This document shows positions 8,562 to 15,971 of a stretch of DNA of 21,334 bases, in pieces. The position numbers and the translations under genes were made by a program. The stretch's first letter is position 1. Each line of letters starts with the position of its first letter. A model generated the notes under the pieces. It saw only the letters and a list, made by a program, of their open reading frames with translations. It ran no database searches and was not told where the DNA came from. This DNA comes from a virus (taxonomy: Duplodnaviria; Heunggongvirae; Uroviricota; Caudoviricetes): IMG/VR virus record IMGVR_UViG_2531839668_000009. One strand, given 5' to 3'.

Positions 8562-9039
8562 CGAATTTCTCCCGTGTAGAGGAACAGAGTTAAAAAGCCG
8601 GAAGCGGAATCAAATCACAGGATGACCATCTGCCAGTGGCTGGTCGTAAAAAAAAGGCCGCGCCATGCGCAGCCGAAAATAAAGGGATAACGATGATAGT
8701 TTGAGAAAAACAGAAATAACACTTTTGTGGCAAAGCATGGTGCCGGGTGCCTCCCGGTGAATTCAGTATCAGCACCTGAATCCGCGATTACCCCATATTC
8801 CTTCTTGCTGATTGCCCCACCGCACAGGGGGATTCACCATGCAGAAGTGTTTTTAATAAACAGCAAACAAAAAAATCAAGCATTATGCAGGCTGTTTCTT
8901 TTTATCACCGGCCACAGCAATACCATAATGCCGCAGACCAGCACCCCATCCGCCAGCACCGACATGATTCTGCTGGTGAAATCCACCATCACCACCAGAA
9001 ACAGCAGGAGTGCAGCCACAGTCAGGCGCAGTTTTACCG

Positions 9040-9472
9040 TCACAGGTAATTCTCCAGACGAAGACCCAGAACACCGGCAATCTCTTCCAGCACCTTGCGC
9101 TCTTCCGGCTCAATTTCGCCGTCTGCCTCCGCAATGGCCACCGCCACATCCAGCACATCTTCCGCTTCACGCGTATCGTGTTTCACATCCTCGATCTCAC
9201 GTAACGCCGCACGACGACCAGTTTTAAAGTTCGTATCCAGCTGACCGATAATGGTTGCGCTAATCGCATTAATTTCTGACGTAAACGCGTACAGCGCAGG
9301 CTGATTACGCAGTACCTGTTCGATCTTCGCTTTCTAGGAAGCCTCACATTCACCATCTGCACAGGCCACCAGGTATGCGGCGTTAATCACCACCTGTGCC
9401 AGATCGCGTTTTTCAAACTTTTTAATTTCCGTTGCCGCTCTGCGGGCTTTTTTTACCAAAAATACCAAACAT
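9040..9472 (-). pseudogene. TerB-domain-like protein gene disrupted by a frameshift in an A7 tract and an in-frame TAG
   Basis: ATG at 9472 with AAGGA RBS gives MFGIFGKK then shifts frame at the A7 run (9448-9454). The body frame contains two acidic DG-x-E motifs (ADGECEAS, ADGEIEPEERKVLEEIAG), has an amber codon at 9334-9336, and ends ...GLRLENYL. Confidence 0.5.
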
Positions 9473-9641
9473 CGTGACGTTCCTTTGGGTGGGTGAGCCA
9501 ACGCCCGGGAGCGATCTGCCCACAGAGAAAGTCACACTGACCACTCCATAAGCTCCCCCCGAAAGGCTCTGTGGTTGGTATGCGCCGGGCGTGGTGCGGA
9601 TACAAAAAAGGTCCGCAAAAGCGAGCGAGGGAAAATAAGTG

Positions 9642-9718
9642 TGGTGCGTTGTACTGGGTTCGAACCAGTGACCGATTGCTTAGAAGGCAATTGCTCTGTC
9701 CGGCTGAGCTAAAAACGC
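9642..9718 (-). tRNA. argO: tRNA-Arg (anticodon UCU)
   Basis: Hand-folded cloverleaf on the - strand: acceptor stem with one mismatch, GGTTCGAACC T-arm, anticodon loop CTTCTAA, CCA end encoded. Symbol is by analogy with the Stx-phage ileZ-argN-argO cluster. Confidence 0.75.
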
Positions 9719-9731
9719 AGAATACCGATAA

Positions 9732-9808
9732 TGGACCGCCATCGGAGACTCGAACCCCGCGAAACCAGCTTCGAAGGCTGGCGTTCTATCCCGATGAGCT
9801 AATGGCGG
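9732..9808 (-). tRNA. argN: tRNA-Arg (anticodon UCG)
   Basis: Hand-folded: perfect 7-bp acceptor stem, T-arm CGGGG/TTCGAGT/CTCCG, anticodon loop CTTCGAA, CCA encoded; one mismatch in the D-stem. Confidence 0.7.
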
Positions 9809-9815
9809 TATGTGA

Positions 9816-9891
9816 TGGTGGCCCTTGCTGGATTTGAACCAGCGGCCTGGCGATTATGAGTCGCTCGCTCTCACCACTGAGCTAAAGGGCC
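9816..9891 (-). tRNA. ileZ: tRNA with CAU anticodon (Ile2-lysidine type or Met)
   Basis: Hand-folded: GGCCCTT acceptor, D-arm GCTC/GAGC, anticodon loop CTCATAA, T-arm GGTTCAAATCC, CCA encoded. Ile2 assignment is by analogy with ileZ of Stx-type phages. Confidence 0.7.
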
Positions 9892-10003
9892 GGGCGCAGG
9901 ATAATAACGTTACGAAATCAATGTTGCAAGCATTCAAGAATCACCTGGTTAAAAATTACCCTTGCTTCCTCCACCAGCGCATTCACCATGTCTATCCGAG
10001 ATA

Positions 10004-10030
10004 AGTGGCACAAAAAAACCCGCTTGTGGG
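10004..10030 (-). terminator. tR'-like intrinsic terminator downstream of the late promoter
   Basis: On the - strand: CCCGC-loop-GCGGG followed by a 7-U tract, located between the candidate late regulator gene and the tRNA cluster. Confidence 0.6.
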
Positions 10031-10084
10031 CGGGTTTTGTTTGCTTTTGCCATCACGTACAAAATCGGCAAAATATCAGATTTG

Positions 10085-10120
10085 CATGAAATATATGCCT
10101 TTCAATCTACTTTTGCAACA
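10085..10120 (-). promoter_or_regulatory. Candidate late promoter (pR'-like): -35 TTGCAA, 17-bp spacer, -10 TATATT
   Basis: Sigma-70-like hexamers read on the - strand about 60-70 nt upstream of the tR'-like terminator; any Q-utilisation site would lie here. Confidence 0.4.
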
Positions 10121-10163
10121 CTTTGCTTTGAAAATGCCGCCTTTTGTTTTGAACGCGTTCTCA

Positions 10164-10702
10164 TTACAAACAATAAAGCCTCACTAGCGCAATATTTTTT
10201 GTGCGCTGCTTCAGTATGCTGGTGGCGGTCTGTTCTCCCGGTATGATGTCGCTTTCACGGTATACGGAGCGGATTTTTTCCGCACGCAACCCCAGCGAAC
10301 GACGTAATACCGCTTCCGGTAGCGCGTCCGCCACCTGATTGCGGACCGCCCACCAGGATAATTCAGCCAGAGATAATTCACGCTCCTGCGTACCGCTTAT
10401 TGCGTGACGGATGATGTCAATCATCCAGGCGGCCAGATTCTGTTGAGCAAGTTGATCCAGTGAATCAGATGTCTGCTCCCGCAGCTGGTTGTCGCAGTGC
10501 CAGCACAACACCATCGCGCCGGTACCCGGGATTCACCTTCGCCAGCCAGAAACCAGGTGTGACCAGTTTTATCAACGACGCCATTTCTTTTGAGTTCCCA
10601 CAGCTCGTTGACAGCCTCTTCACGACTGATTCCAAGGCGAGCTGCCACCACATGTGAAGAGGCTTTTTTCAGTGCTTTCAGTGCGTCAGATACGGTTTCC
10701 AT
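10164..10702 (-). pseudogene. Candidate late-gene regulator at the Q antiterminator position, split by a frameshift
   Basis: Two overlapping - strand ORFs (10421..10702, 93 aa; 10164..10514, 116 aa) in different frames. The second frame opens at 10532, so the shift lies in about 10512-10535, around GGTACCCGGG. Q identity is positional only; no Q zinc-finger motif recognised. Confidence 0.4.
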
Positions 10703-10723
10703 TAAAATTTCCTCCGGACAAAA

Positions 10724-11470
10724 TTACTTCACAACCCTCATATTGCTGACATTTGGACGCCAGCTATCCCAGTTAAACGTCACCCATCGACCACCGTTCA
10801 TGGTCATGCGGTCCATAATCCTCTCACCAAGAAGCGTACTCATTGCGGCATGATTCAGGTTTGTTAACATCCCGACACTGCACAGTGATGCTGTCCGGCG
10901 ATCAATTATCTGGTGTAATACCACCTGCTCGTTTTTCGTCTCCCGCTGAACGCCTATTTCATCCAGGACCAGCAAATCAACACTGCAAAGCTCCTGTAAA
11001 AATTTTTCCCCGGATTTGCCGTTGTCGTAGCTGTCATGCAACACGCTCATGACATCAGACACGGTGACGATAATCACGCTGCGCCCCTTCGCCATCAGCC
11101 GGTTACCCATCGCCGCTGCAAGGTGATTTTTCCCGGTGCTGGTTTTACCGCTGAACACAAAATTCGTGCACCCGGTCATCAGTTCGTCAGCTATGGATTT
11201 GGCCTGGCTCAGCGCGTATTTTTGCCCGTCGTTCTGCACCTGATAATTCGCAAACGAGCATTTGCTGTGCAGAGGCTGGATGCCCGAACGATTCAGGATT
11301 TTTTCCACCCGCAACTGGTGATTCTGGCGGTTAATCTCCTCGCTGCGTTTTCGTCCTTCAGCAAGTTGCCATTCCCGCCACTCCTCCACCGTCCGGTACG
11401 GTGGAACCGACGCCTGTGGTGCAAGTCTGCGAATACGTTCAAGAACCCCGGCTGCCGCAATGTTTTTCAT
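10724..11470 (-). CDS. DnaC-like replicative helicase loader (IstB-type AAA+ ATPase, YdaV-like)
   Basis: 248 aa; Walker A-like FSGKTSTGKNHLAAA and Walker B-like LLVLDEIG; immediately downstream of the O-like initiator. Confidence 0.8.
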   Translation of the reverse strand: MKNIAAAGVLERIRRLAPQASVPPYRTVEEWREWQLAEGRKRSEEINRQNHQLRVEKILNRSGIQPLHSKCSFANYQVQNDGQKYALSQAKSIADELMTGCTNFVFSGKTSTGKNHLAAAMGNRLMAKGRSVIIVTVSDVMSVLHDSYDNGKSGEKFLQELCSVDLLVLDEIGVQRETKNEQVVLHQIIDRRTASLCSVGMLTNLNHAAMSTLLGERIMDRMTMNGGRWVTFNWDSWRPNVSNMRVVK

Positions 11471-11476
11471 GCCACA

Positions 11477-12703
11477 TCACCCCCTGAATCCCGGCGGAAT
11501 TTCGGTATCCGGTTCAGAAATATGATTCACACAACGCTGGTTGTTCGTGCCGCTTACCGGGAGCAACCAGGGGTTTTCAAAATTCCGGTCCGGCCCAAAA
11601 AACGTCGTCGCTCGCTGAACAAATTCCGTTCCCGCTTTCCCGGTCGCCGCCAGGTATCTCGCGTAACGCCTCACACCATCCAGCATGGTCTCTGGTGGCA
11701 CCCCCTCGCGCAATCTGGCCTTCCAGGCACTGAATGCGGATTTCTTCGGGTTTGCTCCGGCACGCAACGGGTACTCCCGCCAGACCTGTTCGAACACATC
11801 CGGATAATCCACTCGTCCCACAGACAGCCCGGTGTTTTCCGGGACTACCCGATCGGCTTCCCGCTGAATGGCGGAATCGGCTTCAGGCTGCTGCAGTTGG
11901 TGTGATTGCTTCGGCCTTGCGGTCATCACCTGCTGCACAGCGCCCGAATCGGCTTTCAGCGCATACGCTGAATCGGCTTCCGGTGTCGTGCCTGCTGGCT
12001 GACCAGGATTGACGGTCTGAACATCCCCTGCCTGGTTCGTGGTGTTTTTTTTGCCATGAACCATAGTGTTTTTGTCCTGTTCCTGTTCTTTCTCCTGCTC
12101 CTGTTCCTGTTCTTGGCTTCGAAGCCCCTTAAAAGCCCCTTCGAAGCCCCTTACCGAATTTCGGCTATTATTCCGCCTCACATCCAGATGGAAATCCGTT
12201 TTATATCTGTCGTAAAACACTGACAGAAAAGCGTTTTCAGGTAATGATGCATACTCATTCCTGACACCTGCACAACGGTTATCGCCAGGCTTCAACGTTT
12301 CCCCAACCTGCCAGGCTGCCATTTCATGGACCCAGACCATCTCTGCATCATGGTCATAGCTACAAAAACCAGCTTCAACAGCCCTTTTAAGCCCCTTTGA
12401 AGCCCCTTCCAGACCAAGCCCGGTTTCATGAGCAAGGTATAAAACTGGCAGGTAATACAAACCCAGCATATTTGCGTGAGGGGATGTCATCAGGTAAAAA
12501 GCAACAACTTGCGCTTCTGCACCCGCCTTTCTAAGTTCTCTCCCCGTTTCTCCCAGCCAGAATCGCGGAGAAACTTTTGCGTAATCACGCATGGCTACCT
12601 CATCTGGTGCCGAACCTTCCTCCGGATATAATCTGTGGTTCCCAATCGACAGAACCAGAGGAGGTTCGACATGTATTTTTTGAAAAGCCTTTATCAGGCT
12701 CAT
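11477..12703 (-). CDS. Replication initiation protein, lambda O functional analogue (YdaU/DUF1376-like)
   Basis: 408 aa with internal low-complexity SQEQEQEQEKEQEQ linker and iteron-like DNA repeats inside the gene. An alternative start at 12592 (MRDYAKV) has a better RBS. Confidence 0.7.
   Translation of the reverse strand: MSLIKAFQKIHVEPPLVLSIGNHRLYPEEGSAPDEVAMRDYAKVSPRFWLGETGRELRKAGAEAQVVAFYLMTSPHANMLGLYYLPVLYLAHETGLGLEGASKGLKRAVEAGFCSYDHDAEMVWVHEMAAWQVGETLKPGDNRCAGVRNEYASLPENAFLSVFYDRYKTDFHLDVRRNNSRNSVRGFEGAFKGLRSQEQEQEQEKEQEQDKNTMVHGKKNTTNQAGDVQTVNPGQPAGTTPEADSAYALKADSGAVQQVMTARPKQSHQLQQPEADSAIQREADRVVPENTGLSVGRVDYPDVFEQVWREYPLRAGANPKKSAFSAWKARLREGVPPETMLDGVRRYARYLAATGKAGTEFVQRATTFFGPDRNFENPWLLPVSGTNNQRCVNHISEPDTEIPPGFRG
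12117..12410. repeat. Two clusters of three AAGCCCCTT-type direct repeats flanking an AT-richer segment (candidate ori iterons)
   Basis: Cluster 1 at about 12117-12152 and cluster 2 at about 12378-12410, with a simple CCTGTT repeat run and an AT-rich stretch between; all inside the O-like coding sequence. Confidence 0.45.
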
Positions 12704-12809
12704 GTATTAAATGTTGCAGCAACAAACCGCTGGTGTAACAGCCCCGAAATGCTCCCGGATTACAGAGCCTGGCTGCGCGCCGAAACATACCTTCGTCTCG
12801 ACATATTGA

Positions 12810-13319
12810 TTAGCAGACTTCAAAAAGAGACTGCATCCATTCATAACCTTCAGGGTATCGACGCTGTTCGCATTCTGGTATCGCGCCATAGTGCTCTCTC
12901 AATAATTGAAGTGCGTCATCTCTCTTTTTCTGAACTGATTTTCTTGCTTCAACCAGCTCTGGAATCAGCGAATATCCCACCGGAAGTGATCCAATACCCA
13001 CCTCATGTTGACGAGCAGTTACAAGATGTGCCATACAACCAGCGTGCTGGATTGACTCCCTGCTCAGAGGCTGAATGGGATCACTCTCTGCTGAAGAAAT
13101 ACCAAGATTTGTATAATCCTCAATAAGCCCGGCACACGCTTCTGCATCAGCCAGCTTTATTCTGGTTTCCTTGCGCTGTTCTCTGGCTGACAAACGCCAG
13201 AGCAGCGCATTAGCTTTATGTATCAACCACTCTGCCAGCTCCACATCAGATAAACCGCCACGCCAGATGTGCGGACTGTTTTCGTAAACGCTCAGTGTCA
13301 ATTTTTTGTCATTACTCAT
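12810..13319 (-). CDS. Hypothetical protein between the YdaT-like and O-like genes
   Basis: Track ORF 12810..13370 begins at a GTG overlapping the YdaT-like gene; the first ATG (13319, MSNDKK) starts 14 nt after the YdaT-like stop. A + strand ORF (12635..13126) overlaps, and the - strand is preferred by operon context only. Confidence 0.4.
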   Translation of the reverse strand: MSNDKKLTLSVYENSPHIWRGGLSDVELAEWLIHKANALLWRLSAREQRKETRIKLADAEACAGLIEDYTNLGISSAESDPIQPLSRESIQHAGCMAHLVTARQHEVGIGSLPVGYSLIPELVEARKSVQKKRDDALQLLREHYGAIPECEQRRYPEGYEWMQSLFEVC

Positions 13320-13332
13320 ATTTATTACCCAA

Positions 13333-13758
13333 TTAATGCACAGCCAGAGTGTTTCCTGCCGGGCCACCACGATTCATCTGATCGAACAGAACGATCGCTG
13401 ATGCAACGAAATCATCAATATCTTTCACCAGCCGTTCCTTCGTCTCTACCAACTCCCGAAAATAAGCGGAACTGTGGCTGCGCATTCGGGCCACCAGCGG
13501 AGGCGGCATCGCTTTTTCGATCGCTGGTAACAACGCCTGAATTTTTTTAACCGCATCAGGAGTGTCTTTCTCCACCCAGCGGAAAATTTTCTGAGTATTG
13601 CGAGCCATGGCTTCCGGATGGCTGTCGTCATACAGTTCCGGGAACGTCATTCCCAGCTCGAAATACGCTTTGGTAATTTTCGCAGCCGGTACTTTTTCGC
13701 CGTCCGGATGCGCCCAGGCATTCATCGCCATGCGGATGTGTTCATGCTTGATTTTCAT
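13333..13758 (-). CDS. YdaT-like protein (Rac-prophage YdaT family, proposed CII-like regulator)
   Basis: 141 aa, ATG with GGAGG RBS, directly downstream of the Cro-like gene as in Rac ydaS-ydaT. Confidence 0.6.
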   Translation of the reverse strand: MKIKHEHIRMAMNAWAHPDGEKVPAAKITKAYFELGMTFPELYDDSHPEAMARNTQKIFRWVEKDTPDAVKKIQALLPAIEKAMPPPLVARMRSHSSAYFRELVETKERLVKDIDDFVASAIVLFDQMNRGGPAGNTLAVH

Positions 13759-13761
13759 GAA

Positions 13762-14043
13762 TCAACCTCCATCAGCCTTTTTGGTGTTAAGTTCATATTT
13801 GTGACGTGAAGGGGACGTGATTCCCGTGTATTCGGGCCATATAAGCTCCCAGTCATTAGGTCTCAATTCTCGTCTTGTAACATGTCCCCCAGTTTCTGCT
13901 TCTATCATCAACGCACGAACAGGAGACACAGGTGAAGTTCCAGATGCCATTTGGGACAAGAAAGACGGAGACACACCAAGATTGGTCGCAAATTTTTTTG
14001 CTTCTCCAGTTTTTAATGATTTGATGAATTCCTTTAGCGTCAT
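13762..14043 (-). CDS. Cro-like HTH regulator (YdaS/DicC type)
   Basis: 93 aa, divergent from the repressor gene, first gene of the rightward operon. Confidence 0.65.
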   Translation of the reverse strand: MTLKEFIKSLKTGEAKKFATNLGVSPSFLSQMASGTSPVSPVRALMIEAETGGHVTRRELRPNDWELIWPEYTGITSPSRHKYELNTKKADGG

Positions 14044-14145
14044 AATTTTTATCTCAGCACATTTAGAACAAGCAAAAGTTTATTTGCAACTAAATAAACT
14101 AGTCAAGTATTTGCTTGTTTTGCGATTACTAAAGATAATGCATGT
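14044..14145. promoter_or_regulatory. Divergent immunity promoter/operator region
   Basis: About 100-bp AT-rich intergenic region between the divergent Cro-like and repressor genes, with an inverted repeat ACAAGCAAA ... TTTGCTTGT. Confidence 0.5.
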
Positions 14146-14517
14146 ATGGAAACAAAAGAGATTCGGCGTTTACGCCTCAAAGAGTGGTTCAAAGACAGGA
14201 CTTTGCCGCCTAAAGAGAAAAGTTACTTATCTCAGTTAATGAGCGGTAAAGCTACGTTTGGCGAAAAGGCAGCTAGACGTATTGAGCAAACATATGGGAT
14301 GCCTGGGGGGTATCTTGATATGGAACCTGAAGATACAACAGAATCTCCGTCATCAAGAACTATGGCATTAACGCCTAACCAATTGGAATTGTTGCAAATA
14401 TTTAGTGCTTTTCCTGACGCTGAGCAGCAGGAAATCATAAAAGAGCTAAGAAACAAAAAAGAGGCAATGGAAGATCTTGTTGCACGTTGGTTGGCGCGGC
14501 AGGGTCGCCGAGCCTGA
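14146..14517 (+). CDS. Prophage repressor, DicA/RacR type
   Basis: 123 aa; N-terminal HTH and a C-terminal block (LTPNQLELLQIFSAFPDAEQQEIIKELRNKKEAMEDLVARWLA) resembling the DicA C-terminus. Confidence 0.7.
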   Translation: METKEIRRLRLKEWFKDRTLPPKEKSYLSQLMSGKATFGEKAARRIEQTYGMPGGYLDMEPEDTTESPSSRTMALTPNQLELLQIFSAFPDAEQQEIIKELRNKKEAMEDLVARWLARQGRRA

Positions 14518-14547
14518 CGGGATACTTACTAAAACAAGAGATATCAG

Positions 14548-15009
14548 ATGGGCGTACTCGAAATTAGTGCTCTTAGAATTAAGATGCTTCTATTGGCAAA
14601 AGGCTGGAGCCAAGCAGAACTTGCGCGCAGAATTGGTATTGCTCAACAATCCGTCCAAAGGTGGGCTTGTGGCATCTCAAGCCCTACAGCAGCCAACCTA
14701 GATAAACTATCTGATGTGACTGGATTTCCTCAGTATTGGTTTTTCTTACCATTAAATGAAGAAAATAAGGACAGGGCACAGGATATATTAAAAATAACCC
14801 CTACGCAAAAGGAACTACTTCAAACATTTGAGGCATTTCCAGAGGAAGAGCAACAGCAAATGCTTAAAGATATGAAAGAGAAAAAAGAGACAATGGATCG
14901 TATAGTTGCAAAGTGGCTAGCAGCACAACAAAAAGTTCCTAGGCAGGATTACCAGCACTTACAAGACGAGGTTCACCATGAACACGGCCCTTTCACCAAT
15001 GGTTTCTGA
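14548..15009 (+). CDS. Second XRE-family HTH regulator, PaaR2-like, paralogous to the upstream repressor in its C-terminal domain
   Basis: 153 aa; classic XRE HTH (LAKGWSQAELARRIGIAQQSVQRW) and a C-terminal block ITPTQKELLQTFEAFPEEEQQQMLKDMKEKKETMDRIVAKWLA homologous to the upstream gene; 3' end overlaps the antitoxin start. Confidence 0.65.
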   Translation: MGVLEISALRIKMLLLAKGWSQAELARRIGIAQQSVQRWACGISSPTAANLDKLSDVTGFPQYWFFLPLNEENKDRAQDILKITPTQKELLQTFEAFPEEEQQQMLKDMKEKKETMDRIVAKWLAAQQKVPRQDYQHLQDEVHHEHGPFTNGF

Positions 15010-15169
15010 ATTTGAAACCGTCGAGCAAGAAAATAGTTATAACGAATGGCTGCGTGCAAAAGTGGCCGCAAGCCTTGCTGATCCACGTCCAGCCATTCCC
15101 CATGACGAAGTTGAACGCAGAATGGCTGAACGCTTTGCTAACATGCGCAAGGAACGGAGCAAACAGTAA
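14978..15169 (+). CDS. paaA: Antitoxin of the ParE-family toxin, PaaA2-like
   Basis: 63 aa; immediately precedes the toxin with TAA-ATG juxtaposition. Size and sequence agree with my recollection of PaaA2 from the paaR2-paaA2-parE2 modules of O157 prophages. Confidence 0.65.
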   Translation: MNTALSPMVSEFETVEQENSYNEWLRAKVAASLADPRPAIPHDEVERRMAERFANMRKERSKQ

Positions 15170-15457
15170 ATGTTACCGGTTTTATGGCTCGAAAGCGCAG
15201 ATGCCGACCTAGATAATATAACCAGCTATATTGCACGTTTTGACATAGATGCGGCAGAACGTTTGTGGAAACGCTTAAGGACTTGCGTCCTGCCATTATC
15301 TGAACATCCGTATTTATACCCGCCAAGCGACAGAGTGCCTGGTTTGCGTGAAACTGTAGCTCACCCCAATTACATCATTCTGTACCGCGTGACAATTTCA
15401 GGCATTGAAATTGTTAACGTAGTTCACGCCCGCCGACAGTTCCCTGTAACACCTTAA
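15170..15457 (+). CDS. parE: ParE/RelE-superfamily toxin
   Basis: 95 aa; typical RelE/ParE-fold pattern (…YRVTISGIEIVNVVHARRQFP). Confidence 0.75.
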   Translation: MLPVLWLESADADLDNITSYIARFDIDAAERLWKRLRTCVLPLSEHPYLYPPSDRVPGLRETVAHPNYIILYRVTISGIEIVNVVHARRQFPVTP

Positions 15458-15467
15458 TCCCCCTAAG

Positions 15468-15490
15468 CCCCTCTCAAGAGGGGTTATTCT
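15468..15490 (+). terminator. Intrinsic terminator after the toxin gene (CCCCTC-TCAA-GAGGGG then TTATTCTT)
   Basis: GC-rich 6-bp stem with a tetraloop and a T-rich tail, 10 nt after the parE stop. Confidence 0.6.
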
Positions 15491-15512
15491 TGCCAAAGAG
15501 TTAAGTTAAATA

Positions 15513-15540
15513 TTGACTGTTTAGTTTATTTTTGTATAAA
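15513..15540 (+). promoter_or_regulatory. Candidate sigma-70 promoter of the dicB-type operon (TTGACT, 16 bp, TATAAA)
   Basis: Near-consensus hexamers just after the TA terminator, followed by an untranslated leader of about 170 nt before the YdfA-like ORF. Confidence 0.4.
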
Positions 15541-15720
15541 CTGATTTTACCAACCCACTCCGCCCCACAGAACGCAGGGCAATACCTAGAGTTACCAGGC
15601 AGTGGTCAGGGGTTAAGTAGCCAGCCCGAGGCGTAAGAACATGACGGCGGGAACACTTTGTATAACAGCGCAGCAGGTTTTTAGTTCCGCGACCCGGCGT
15701 TAAGGGTAAATGAGGTCAAC

Positions 15721-15873
15721 ATGGATATGCTCAATCTTGGCAACAACGAATCTCTGGTATGCGGAGTATTCCCCAACCTGGACGGCACGTTCACCGCGAT
15801 GACGTATACCAGAAGCAAAACGTTTAAAACGGAAGCTGGCGCGCGTCGCTGGTTAGCAAGAAACTCTGACTGA
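15721..15873 (+). CDS. YdfA/YdaF-family small protein
   Basis: 50-aa ORF found by hand (below track cutoff): MDMLNLGNNESLVCGVFPNLDGTFTAMTYTRSKTFKTEAGARRWLARNSD; position matches ydfA downstream of dicA in Qin. Confidence 0.55.
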   Translation: MDMLNLGNNESLVCGVFPNLDGTFTAMTYTRSKTFKTEAGARRWLARNSD

Positions 15874-15971
15874 TGAAGGTTAGTAATTAAAGAGTTCTCC
15901 ACAGGCGAAGTGGAATACGTTCGCCGGACACGGGTAAGCATCCGGCATGCTCTTTAACAATCTGGGTATTC

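Noticed and set aside
8727-9227. 166-aa + strand ORF and 95-aa - strand ORF (8883..9170) across the TerB-like region
   Set aside because: Pro/His/Ser- or Trp/Arg-rich translations, antisense to or out of frame with a recognisable TerB-like frame; likely non-coding.
9571-9837. 88-aa + strand ORF overlapping the tRNA cluster
   Set aside because: It runs antisense through two tRNA genes, and the tRNA cloverleaves explain the sequence.
10521-10530. GGTACCCGGG (KpnI plus SmaI-like sites) at the frameshift point, considered as a cloning or linker scar
   Set aside because: The flanking sequence does not continue as a known polylinker, and such a 10-mer can occur naturally in GC-rich coding DNA; no evidence of engineering.
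11036-12012. 289-aa + strand ORF (11036..11905) and 92-aa ORF (11734..12012) antisense to the DnaC-like and O-like genes
   Set aside because: Antisense to two strongly supported replication genes; Arg/Pro/His-rich composition typical of a shadow frame.
12635-13126. 163-aa + strand ORF overlapping the - strand hypothetical gene
   Set aside because: The - strand reading fits the contiguous rightward operon and has more protein-like composition; this cannot be settled without conservation data, so the + strand ORF is set aside rather than excluded.
15681-15941. 86-aa - strand ORF antisense to the YdfA-like gene
   Set aside because: It overlaps a short ORF with a recognisable family N-terminus on the operon strand, and its own translation is low-complexity.
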